Shown one piece after another: positions 45,864-53,596 of a stretch of DNA of 64,000 nt. The DNA is from Candidatus Acidiferrales bacterium (GTDB taxonomy: Bacteria > Patescibacteriota > Microgenomatia > Levybacterales > UBA12049). The notes under the pieces are model-generated. The model ran no database searches, was not told the origin of the DNA, and saw nothing but the letters and a program-made list of their open reading frames with translations. The stretch is taken from the NCBI GenBank assembly GCA_035533875.1, contig DATLSZ010000031.1, positions 871-64,870 of the forward strand. The letters are read 5' to 3'. The position numbers and the translations under genes were made by a program. Every line of letters begins with the position of its first letter. The first letter of the stretch is position 1.

Positions 45864-46439
45864 ATGGAATTCGCAAGGAAGGCATACTTTTTTACTCTTG
45901 ATCTTCTCCAAACAGTTCTCCTTGCTGCTTCAATTTTTCTTGTTATCTATATCTTTTTGTTCAGACCGTTTCAAGTGAGTGGAGATTCAATGTATCCGAC
46001 TTTTAAAAATGGAGAATATATTTTAACCAATCTTATTGCAGTCAAAACCAACGGCATCCAACGTGGCGATGTTATAGTCTTCCAAGCGCCGCCGGATCAT
46101 GAAAAGGACTTTATCAAACGCGTTATCGGTCTTCCAGGCGATATTGTGGAACTCAAAAAAGGCAATGTCTATATAAATGGCAAAAGGCTCGATGAAAGTG
46201 CGTACCTCTCAAGCGATGTCAAAACATATGGGGGCGCTTTCTTAAAAGATGGCCAACCATTCACTGTTCCACTAGACAATTATATTGTATTCGGTGATAA
46301 CAGACCATTTAGTTCTGACTCACGTGAGTGGGGGCTTCTTGCAACAAAGGCAATTATCGGCAAATCTTTCTTTGTTTACTGGCCGATCAACCATATGCGT
46401 CTCGTTCATAATCCATTCCCCGCATCCCTGCAGAAGTAG
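45864..46439 (+). CDS. lepB: Signal peptidase I
   Basis: N-terminal TM helix; SGDSMYPTF (catalytic Ser), KRVIGLPGD (Lys), GDNRPFSSDSREWG. Confidence 0.85.
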   Translation: MEFARKAYFFTLDLLQTVLLAASIFLVIYIFLFRPFQVSGDSMYPTFKNGEYILTNLIAVKTNGIQRGDVIVFQAPPDHEKDFIKRVIGLPGDIVELKKGNVYINGKRLDESAYLSSDVKTYGGAFLKDGQPFTVPLDNYIVFGDNRPFSSDSREWGLLATKAIIGKSFFVYWPINHMRLVHNPFPASLQK

Positions 46440-46489
46440 TAATAAATCAAAAAATCTTGCTGTACTTGAAGTTTTTGTAACCAATAGTT

Positions 46490-47311
46490 TTATTTCGTGA
46501 GGATATCGTGGATTTGCTTCAGTTTTTCTGTAGTTACTTCCGGATTTCCTTTTATGATCAAAGTCACGCGTGCGAGTTTGCTGGATTGGAATATCTGTAC
46601 TTTATCAAATGTGTGCTTCTCTTCTATTTCCTTGGCCATTTGGTCTTGTTCAGGTACCCATAATTGATCTTTGGGGCCTGGAGGTTCTTTCTGCTGAACA
46701 TCTCCTTTAACTTTTCTTGCCAGTTCTTCAGTCTGCCGTACTGTATAGTTATCACGAAGAATTGTCTTAAAGACATCCAACATCAATTTAACATCTCCAA
46801 GGGACAGTAAGGGCCTTACATGACCTTCTGTGATGACTCCAGCAACCAAAGCGTCTTTTATCGCATCTGGTAGTGATAGCAATCTAATCGTATTAGAGAC
46901 GGCAGGCACACTTTTACCGACTCTTTTGGCAACTTCCGTTGTCCCAAGACCAAACTCATCAATAAGTCTTCGGTAAGCAAGTGCCTTTTCAATAGGATTC
47001 AAATCTTCTCGCTGGACATTTTCGACGATAGACATTTCAAGCATTCGCTGCGGTGTTGTTTCTTTTACTACGACAGGTACATATTGCAGTCCTAGGACCT
47101 TTGCTGCTCGCCATCGTCGTTCTCCAGCGATAATCTGATACCCGGCAGGAGTCTTTGCCACAACAATCGGCTCCAATATCCCTTGTTCACGGATTGATTC
47201 GACTAGGTCTGTCAAAGAATCGGGTGTGATAACTCCACGAGGTTGAAGTGGATTTGACTGTAGTTGATTTGTTTCCAGCTCGTAAATTCTTTCTCCTGTT
47301 GCGTTATCCAT
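46490..47311 (-). CDS. parB: ParB/Spo0J-family partition protein
   Basis: PNPLQPR-type box (SNPLQPRG), [23 protein letters not shown], and HTH region [20 protein letters not shown]. Confidence 0.85.
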   Translation of the reverse strand: MDNATGERIYELETNQLQSNPLQPRGVITPDSLTDLVESIREQGILEPIVVAKTPAGYQIIAGERRWRAAKVLGLQYVPVVVKETTPQRMLEMSIVENVQREDLNPIEKALAYRRLIDEFGLGTTEVAKRVGKSVPAVSNTIRLLSLPDAIKDALVAGVITEGHVRPLLSLGDVKLMLDVFKTILRDNYTVRQTEELARKVKGDVQQKEPPGPKDQLWVPEQDQMAKEIEEKHTFDKVQIFQSSKLARVTLIIKGNPEVTTEKLKQIHDILTK

Positions 47312-47555
47312 GAATTACCTCAACATATTTCTTGCCTTTTAGTGTTTTGAAGTTGACTTTGCCTTCCTGCATTGCAAAAAGGGTAAAGTCCTTCCCCATT
47401 GCTACGCCAGGACCTGCGTTGAATTTTGTGCCCTTTTGACGGACAATGATATTTCCAGTAGTTGCAGATTCGCCGCCATATAATTTAACTCCACGGCGTT
47501 TCGATCGAGAGTCTCTATTTCCTTTTACTGATCCTTGTGCTTTTGTATGTGCCAT
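47304..47555 (-). CDS. rpmA: 50S ribosomal protein L27
   Basis: [28 protein letters not shown]...[12 protein letters not shown]. Confidence 0.95.
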   Translation of the reverse strand: MAHTKAQGSVKGNRDSRSKRRGVKLYGGESATTGNIIVRQKGTKFNAGPGVAMGKDFTLFAMQEGKVNFKTLKGKKYVEVIHG

Positions 47556-47604
47556 AGTATTCTTTCTAAAATTTTTCTATATGTGAAAATTTCTCTTATA
47601 TTAC

Positions 47605-47624
47605 GACAACTTTTCACAGTTGTC
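47605..47624 (-). other. 7-bp stem hairpin between rplU and rpmA
   Basis: gacaact-tttcac-agttgtc in the 117-nt rplU-rpmA spacer. No flanking U-run, so not a clear terminator. Confidence 0.3.
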
Positions 47625-47672
47625 AAGCCCACTCGTTGTAAATGAATAATTTAATAGATCTTATATTTTATT

Positions 47673-48017
47673 TTAATTTTGAGGGACAGTCTTCTTATCA
47701 GGTTTGCCCGACAAACTCGTGATTTCGACTTTGGTCAATTGAGCTCGAAATCCTTGTACTTTCCGGTATCTGGCTTTTGCTTTAAATTTGGCAACACGCA
47801 CTTTGTCACCTTTTACCTGCTCCAGCACTTTCGCTGTTACTGCAACATTTTCAAGATACGGAGTGCCAACTTGCACGGTTTCACCATCAACCGCCAGTAA
47901 CACTTTATCAAGGGCATAGTTGGACCCCGGCTCTGCTTTTATTTTATCAAGTTCAAGAACCTGTCCTTCTGTGACTTTGTATTGTTTTCCCCCGCTTGTG
48001 ATAACTGCATATTTCAT
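47673..48017 (-). CDS. rplU: 50S ribosomal protein L21
   Basis: MKYAVITSGGKQYKVTEGQVL...KFKAKARYRKVQGFR. I use the internal ATG at 48017 rather than the ORF-track start at 48074, whose extra 19 aa overlap the ftsW/rodA end. Confidence 0.9.
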   Translation of the reverse strand: MKYAVITSGGKQYKVTEGQVLELDKIKAEPGSNYALDKVLLAVDGETVQVGTPYLENVAVTAKVLEQVKGDKVRVAKFKAKARYRKVQGFRAQLTKVEITSLSGKPDKKTVPQN

Positions 48018-48039
48018 AGTATGTATTATACCAAAGCTT

Positions 48040-49116
48040 CTATCTAATTTCCAGCACGTTTTTATGTTTCTCACCCGAACTCATCGCAGATAGTAATCCA
48101 AGAAAAATAAAGCTTGATAACAACGAACTCCCGCCAAACGAAACAAACGGCAAAGGGACACCTACAATAGGCATGATTCCCAGGTTCATGCCGATATTCA
48201 CAAAGGCGGGGATAAGAAAAAATCCGAATGCACAGGCTGCAAAAATCCGATTAAACCGGTCACTGGTAGTACTAAATATCCGAAATATTCGATAGCAAAG
48301 AAATAACAAAGCTGCAATAACTATTAGTCCTCCGACAAAACCAAGCCCTTCAGCAATTGTTGCAAAAACAAAATCTGTCTGCCGCTCCGGAAGAAAGCGC
48401 AATCCTGATTGGGTTCCCTCAGAGAGACCTTTGCCAAAGAATGCTCCCGATCCAACAGCGATCAGTGCCTGGATGCTATTATATGAAACTCCGAGCGGAT
48501 CGGATTGTGGATTCAAGAACGTCAAGATTCTATTTCTCTGATACGTATGTAATTTTGTCCAAATAATTGGCATAAGAATTAATACCGGCAAAAAAAGTAA
48601 GACAAACCAAAGAATCGGATAGCCATCAATGAGCAGGACAAATAACGCAACAAGCAGATAGAGCAACGCACTCCCCAAATCGGGCTGAAAATAGACGAGA
48701 AGAAAAACAGGGAGAATAAGAAAAACAGATAAAAGGAATGATTTTACCGATACTTTTTGTTGTTCTGCAAGCATTGAGGCAAAAATCAAAGCCAAAAACG
48801 GCTTAAGAATTTCAGAGAATTGCAACTGTACGCCGAAAATATCAAACCATCGTACAGCTCCATGACTCTCAATACCGATCGCAAGTGTAATTAAAAGTAA
48901 AATCAGAGACGTAATGTAAATTGGCCACTTGAGCTGCTTTATAAATTCGATATTGATTTGAGAAAAAAAGAAAAAAGCTCCTGCGGCTACAGCAAGCGAC
49001 AGGAGTTGGTTTCTGAAGAAATCAAAATTCAACGATAATAATGTCACCAAACTTACCGAGACAAGAACGACAACAGGAAGTAATAACAAAAAATCAACTC
49101 GGAGAGCCTTTCTCAT
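48040..49116 (-). CDS. SEDS-family peptidoglycan polymerase (FtsW/RodA)
   Basis: 358 aa with about 10 TM helices; QPDLGSALLY, RFLPERQTDFVFATIAEGLGFVGG, VPLPFVSFGGSS. Confidence 0.85.
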   Translation of the reverse strand: MRKALRVDFLLLLPVVVLVSVSLVTLLSLNFDFFRNQLLSLAVAAGAFFFFSQINIEFIKQLKWPIYITSLILLLITLAIGIESHGAVRWFDIFGVQLQFSEILKPFLALIFASMLAEQQKVSVKSFLLSVFLILPVFLLVYFQPDLGSALLYLLVALFVLLIDGYPILWFVLLFLPVLILMPIIWTKLHTYQRNRILTFLNPQSDPLGVSYNSIQALIAVGSGAFFGKGLSEGTQSGLRFLPERQTDFVFATIAEGLGFVGGLIVIAALLFLCYRIFRIFSTTSDRFNRIFAACAFGFFLIPAFVNIGMNLGIMPIVGVPLPFVSFGGSSLLSSFIFLGLLSAMSSGEKHKNVLEIR

Positions 49117-49148
49117 ACAATACTAAACCATATCTAAAAAACTATTAT

Positions 49149-51971
49149 TCAAATTCTTTTTACCGCAAATGTTCCTTTGGTTAACGATTTTACCAGCGCC
49201 TGCTGTTTTATATATGACTCAAATTCGGTAGGCCAACTTTCAAGTGAAACAGCAACCTGCTCATCGAGTGCTGTACCAATTTTCTTTCTTTCATCCTGAA
49301 TCTTACGGACAATGTCTCGAGCTTCACCCTCGGCTTTTAATTCGGGGGTAATTGTTAAATCAAGATCAACAGCAAGTTCACCTTTTTTATAAGTAACCTT
49401 TTTAACATTTAATTCTTTAAGCAACAGTTCTTCCAAATCTTCGGACAGTTTATTTTTTAAAGAATAGGTAAGGTTGCGGAGTGGTTGGCGAACTTTAATT
49501 TGCGATTCTTTTCTCTTTGACAAAGCAATTTCAACAATTTTACGAACCATATCCATTTCCAGATTAATGTTTTCATCAATTGATTGCACTTTTTCAGGCC
49601 AATTTGCTAAATGAACTGATTCTTCTCCCGTTAGATTTCTATAAATTTCCTCAGCGATAAACGGCGTGATAGGAGCAATAAGTTTGCAAACAGTCGTTAA
49701 AACTTGATATGTCGTAGCATAAAAAGCATCTTTATCAGAGTTATTTTCAACTCTTGGTCCAACTCGTTCCCTGCTCCGGCGGATATACCAAGTCGATAAA
49801 TCATCAACAAATACTTTTATCGCATCAATCGCGGAAACCGTATCATAACCATCAAGCGTTACAGTAACCATCCTCGTTGTCTCATGCAATCGTGCCAAAA
49901 TCCATTGATCTAGTATATTATTACTTTCCTTATTTGAACCTTTCTTATTATCCCAGCCATCAAGAAGCGCGTTACTGACAAAAAAATTATAGACATTCCA
50001 TAATATAAGCATTGTGGAACGAACTTGCATTTTGTACTGTTCTTCGGAAATAAGAATATCTTCCCCATGCATCACAGGACTGCCAAGAAGGTACAAGCGC
50101 AGTGCGTCGCCTCCGTATTTCTCAAGCATTTCTCTCGGATCAGGATAATTTTTAAAATTCTTACTCATCTTCCGCCCATCTGATCCAAGAATGACTCCCT
50201 CAACCAGTACATTTCGGGCAAGAATATTTTTCCTGTCAGGATTGAGCTCCAACGCATTTGCGATCACGTGCAATACATAAAACCATGCACGGATTTGCCC
50301 TGTATATTCACCGATAAAGTCAGGCGGATAAAAACTCTCAAGAGGCGGCTGTTTCCCAAATGGATAATGCCGTTCACCAAATGACGCTGATCCTGCTTCA
50401 ATCCAGCTGTCCAAAACTTCCGGTACTCTATGCGCCTTCTTGCCGCACTTATCACATGTTACAATCACTTCATCAATATCAGGCTTATGCAATTCTACTA
50501 TCTTTTGCCCTGATTTCTCTTCCAATTCCTTAATCGATCCGGGAACGAATCGTTCACCACATTCACATTCCCATACGGGCACAGGACTCCCCCAGTAGCG
50601 GTTGCGTGAGATATTCCAATCAGGTGCATTTTCCAAACTTTTCAAGAAACGACCATGTTTGAAATGCTTGGGGAACCAATTGACCAATTCATTGGTCTCT
50701 TTCATCTGTTTTTTGAGCTTCTGGACATTGACATACCATGCGGTAATCGGCGCATAGTACAATCGCGTATGACATCTCCAGCAGAGAGGTACACGATGTG
50801 GACGCTTTTCGTTTTCGTAAACTAATCCTCGTTTTGTAAGATCCTCGTCAACGACCTTGTTCGCTTTGAGATAATACAAGCCGCCGAATTGCGGGACATC
50901 GGATTTGATTTGCCCTTCTTCATCTACATGCAGCTCAATATGAATATTATGCTCCTGCATGACTTTCAAATCCTCTTCACCATAAGCTGCAATTGTCACA
51001 ATGCCAGTTCCTTCATCATCAGTGACAAAATCACCAGGGACGACGACAAATGCTTTTTCTCCATCTTTGATCTTGTCTTTATAATAGTCATAATGAGGCT
51101 CAAAAGCTTTCCCTACCAACTCTGATCCTTTATATTCCTGAACAATCTTATATGGCCTTTTGTTACCCAACTCTTTTACTGTCGACTTTGCCAAGATATA
51201 AAACTCGTCTTCTTGCTGTACTTTGACATAAATAAATTTCGGATTGACCGCAAGTGCTGGGGTAACAATCTTATTCCATGGTGTTGTTGACCAAGCTAAA
51301 AAATATGTATTAGCTTCATTAATAACTTTATATTTATATGTTGTCCCATCTTCTTCGATCTCTTTATAATTATCAGCGTCCATAGCAACTTCAAAATTAG
51401 AAATCGGTGTGGCGCAATGGGGACAATAGAGAGAAACTTTCAATCCTTTATAGATATAATCCTTATCGTACATCTGCTTGAATACCCACATGACCGATTC
51501 CATATAGGGTGTATCCCACGTTTTGTAAGCATTTTTGAAATCTACCCAGCGGCCAATACGGTCAACATACCATTCCCAATCAGATGAAATAATATTGACA
51601 TAATGCTTGCATTCATCAATAAATTTTTTAATACCGACTACTTCTTCAATATCTTTTTTGCGTGCGATTTCAAGCTCATTTTCAACCTTATTTTCAATCG
51701 GCAATCCATGTCCATCCCAGCCCCAGACACGACGAACTCGATAGCCTTTCATCGTCCAATATCGACCGAAAACATCTTTTGGAAGACTTGAAAGAAGCGA
51801 TCCATAATGCGGCATCCCGGTCACAAACGGCGGCCCATCAAGAAATGTCCAATCACCATTCGGTGCGTCTTTTTCAACGGACTTTTCAAATGTTTTATTT
51901 TTCTTCCAATACTTGGTGATTTCCTCTTCTACTTTTGCAAAATCAACTTTTGGAGATACGGATTTTAGCAT
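49149..51971 (-). CDS. ileS: Isoleucyl-tRNA synthetase (type 2, eukaryote-like)
   Basis: FLDGPPFVTGMPHYGS (HIGH region), WGWDGHGLPIE, RQRYWG-like NRYWGSPVPVW, KMSKNFKNYPDP (KMSKS as in type-2 IleRS). Confidence 0.8.
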   Translation of the reverse strand: MLKSVSPKVDFAKVEEEITKYWKKNKTFEKSVEKDAPNGDWTFLDGPPFVTGMPHYGSLLSSLPKDVFGRYWTMKGYRVRRVWGWDGHGLPIENKVENELEIARKKDIEEVVGIKKFIDECKHYVNIISSDWEWYVDRIGRWVDFKNAYKTWDTPYMESVMWVFKQMYDKDYIYKGLKVSLYCPHCATPISNFEVAMDADNYKEIEEDGTTYKYKVINEANTYFLAWSTTPWNKIVTPALAVNPKFIYVKVQQEDEFYILAKSTVKELGNKRPYKIVQEYKGSELVGKAFEPHYDYYKDKIKDGEKAFVVVPGDFVTDDEGTGIVTIAAYGEEDLKVMQEHNIHIELHVDEEGQIKSDVPQFGGLYYLKANKVVDEDLTKRGLVYENEKRPHRVPLCWRCHTRLYYAPITAWYVNVQKLKKQMKETNELVNWFPKHFKHGRFLKSLENAPDWNISRNRYWGSPVPVWECECGERFVPGSIKELEEKSGQKIVELHKPDIDEVIVTCDKCGKKAHRVPEVLDSWIEAGSASFGERHYPFGKQPPLESFYPPDFIGEYTGQIRAWFYVLHVIANALELNPDRKNILARNVLVEGVILGSDGRKMSKNFKNYPDPREMLEKYGGDALRLYLLGSPVMHGEDILISEEQYKMQVRSTMLILWNVYNFFVSNALLDGWDNKKGSNKESNNILDQWILARLHETTRMVTVTLDGYDTVSAIDAIKVFVDDLSTWYIRRSRERVGPRVENNSDKDAFYATTYQVLTTVCKLIAPITPFIAEEIYRNLTGEESVHLANWPEKVQSIDENINLEMDMVRKIVEIALSKRKESQIKVRQPLRNLTYSLKNKLSEDLEELLLKELNVKKVTYKKGELAVDLDLTITPELKAEGEARDIVRKIQDERKKIGTALDEQVAVSLESWPTEFESYIKQQALVKSLTKGTFAVKRI

Positions 51972-52014
51972 AGGTCTAATTGTAGTTGAAAAACAAAGCT
52001 AATTCAAGAGAAGC

Positions 52015-52070
52015 TCTGATATTCTGAAAATCTGACTTTCTGATAATCCGAGTATTCCGAGTTTTCTAAA
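52015..52070. repeat. Degenerate 8-nt periodic array upstream of ileS
   Basis: tctgatat|tctgaaaa|tctgactt|tctgataa|tccgagta|ttccgagt|tttctaaa, read directly; lies 44-99 nt upstream of the ileS start (minus strand). Confidence 0.6.
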
Positions 52071-52099
52071 AACGATATATCTAGAGAATAAATGGAGGT

Positions 52100-52648
52100 T
52101 TATTGTGCACACCAGTAGCATTTCGTTGACCCGCCTTGTGAGATACAACTTGAATTCCCTGTCGTTGAGCCAGCATCATCGACATATTTTGTATTTGAAT
52201 CGACTTGCTGCGCATGTGATTGCGGCAGAAAGCATGCCATGGTATCGTTGGCATCTCCGGTAGTATTGGTAACATAAATTTTACCTAAGTTTGATGCATT
52301 AATAAATGAACTCTTTAACTCACCCTCTGGAATAAGAACATTCGAGAGACACCCTTTTAAGCTTGTTAGGGATACTGCTGAAAACGTTGTGCCACCCGAG
52401 TAGCACCCACTGCTCGTCCATGGGAGCTCATTATGAGCGGAGTAATATTGAACCGTTGAGCTGATAAATTCTGAGGCAGTATTTTTAAGACTTGTATCCT
52501 GAGCCTTATTGAGCTGTTCAACAGGATTGATAGCTGCAAGGAGAGCAGCAGCCAATATGCCGAGAATTCCGAGTACGACAAGAAGCTCAATAAGCGTAAA
52601 ACCTTTTTGATATGATTTTTTCAATAACTTAGACAGCGTTCCCAACAT
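52100..52648 (-). CDS. Type IV pilin-like protein (prepilin N-terminal cleavage/methylation domain)
   Basis: Leader MLGTLSKLLKKSYQKG then FTLIELLVVLGILGILAAALLAAI; C-terminal Cys pairs. Confidence 0.8.
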   Translation of the reverse strand: MLGTLSKLLKKSYQKGFTLIELLVVLGILGILAAALLAAINPVEQLNKAQDTSLKNTASEFISSTVQYYSAHNELPWTSSGCYSGGTTFSAVSLTSLKGCLSNVLIPEGELKSSFINASNLGKIYVTNTTGDANDTMACFLPQSHAQQVDSNTKYVDDAGSTTGNSSCISQGGSTKCYWCAQ

Positions 52649-52671
52649 ATATAGAAATTTAACTTATACTC

Positions 52672-52701
52672 ATTACAACACAGACGGGCAAAAATTGTCA
52701 A
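52672..52701 (-). promoter_or_regulatory. Candidate sigma70-type promoter for the pilin-like gene
   Basis: Minus strand: TTGACA (52701-52696), 18-nt spacer, TGTAAT (52677-52672), about 24 nt upstream of ATG 52648. Confidence 0.3.
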
Positions 52702-52740
52702 TAGCAAGAAAAGTATGAATTCTGTGAGAATCATTAGCTC

Positions 52741-53550
52741 TTAGCTTTCTTTGTCAGAATAAAGGAACTGTTCTTTCCCAAACACATAATAGCTCACCAA
52801 AAGTATACATAATTGTAAGACACTAATAATGTCAAAACCGGTTGTCTCCGACTGCGGTTGCGGAAAAATCATTCCGAACATGATTGATCCGCTGTAGAGG
52901 ATTGCGTTTGCAATAAGCGTCGTTCTCCACCAATTCCACTTGTATTGTTTAAACCCTAAAAGCACCCACAGCCAAAAAATGAGCAATGGCGAAACCATCA
53001 TGATGAAAAATGGGTTAACAGACTGTTTTGTATCAACAGCGTCACCTTGCGGGAAAAAAGCTAAGACAAAAAAGCAAAATGTAAGAATACTTGAATATCC
53101 CCACAATGCCATTTGTATCATCCCCCAATGAAATCTGGTATTTTTTTTCGTTTTCTTTTTTGCTTTTGGTTCATATAATTCTCCTTTGGATAGTTTGAAA
53201 AGTGCATAAAGAAACGGAATATCTATCGCGGTATCAATCAGTGCATCAGGCACTGAATAATCTGGATACACCAATAAATACGCTACGTATTTGAGATATG
53301 CTGGAGGCAAAAAACCAATCAGAAAATATACTGCGTCGAAAATAAGATAGTATAAAAAAACATATTTCCATATCGTTTTTGAAAGATTATGTTTTTTAAA
53401 TGCGTACGAATATAATCCAAACAGCGCAGGAACAGTGGCGAGAATTAAAAAACAATGAAGAAAAATATTTTGTTTGGCATGATCAAAGAGACTTAAGATT
53501 GATAAACAGTCAAGAATGACTATAATCCAAAAATAAATTTTCCACCACAT
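52741..53550 (-). CDS. Polytopic membrane protein, unknown function
   Basis: 269 aa with about 8 hydrophobic helices; no motif recognised. Confidence 0.4.
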   Translation of the reverse strand: MWWKIYFWIIVILDCLSILSLFDHAKQNIFLHCFLILATVPALFGLYSYAFKKHNLSKTIWKYVFLYYLIFDAVYFLIGFLPPAYLKYVAYLLVYPDYSVPDALIDTAIDIPFLYALFKLSKGELYEPKAKKKTKKNTRFHWGMIQMALWGYSSILTFCFFVLAFFPQGDAVDTKQSVNPFFIMMVSPLLIFWLWVLLGFKQYKWNWWRTTLIANAILYSGSIMFGMIFPQPQSETTGFDIISVLQLCILLVSYYVFGKEQFLYSDKES

Positions 53551-53596
53551 AAGCGTGCGTAGATTATACCAGAGAAACGCGCTTTATGTTTATAGT

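Noticed and set aside
46490-49300. parS site near parB
   Set aside because: I saw only a half-site-like gtgaaaca (about 49245), and no full palindromic tGTTTCACGTGAAACa. A by-eye search is not exhaustive.
51972-52099. T-box riboswitch leader upstream of ileS
   Set aside because: Only about 128 nt are available, and I could find no conserved T-box sequence or specifier-loop/antiterminator arrangement by eye on the minus strand.
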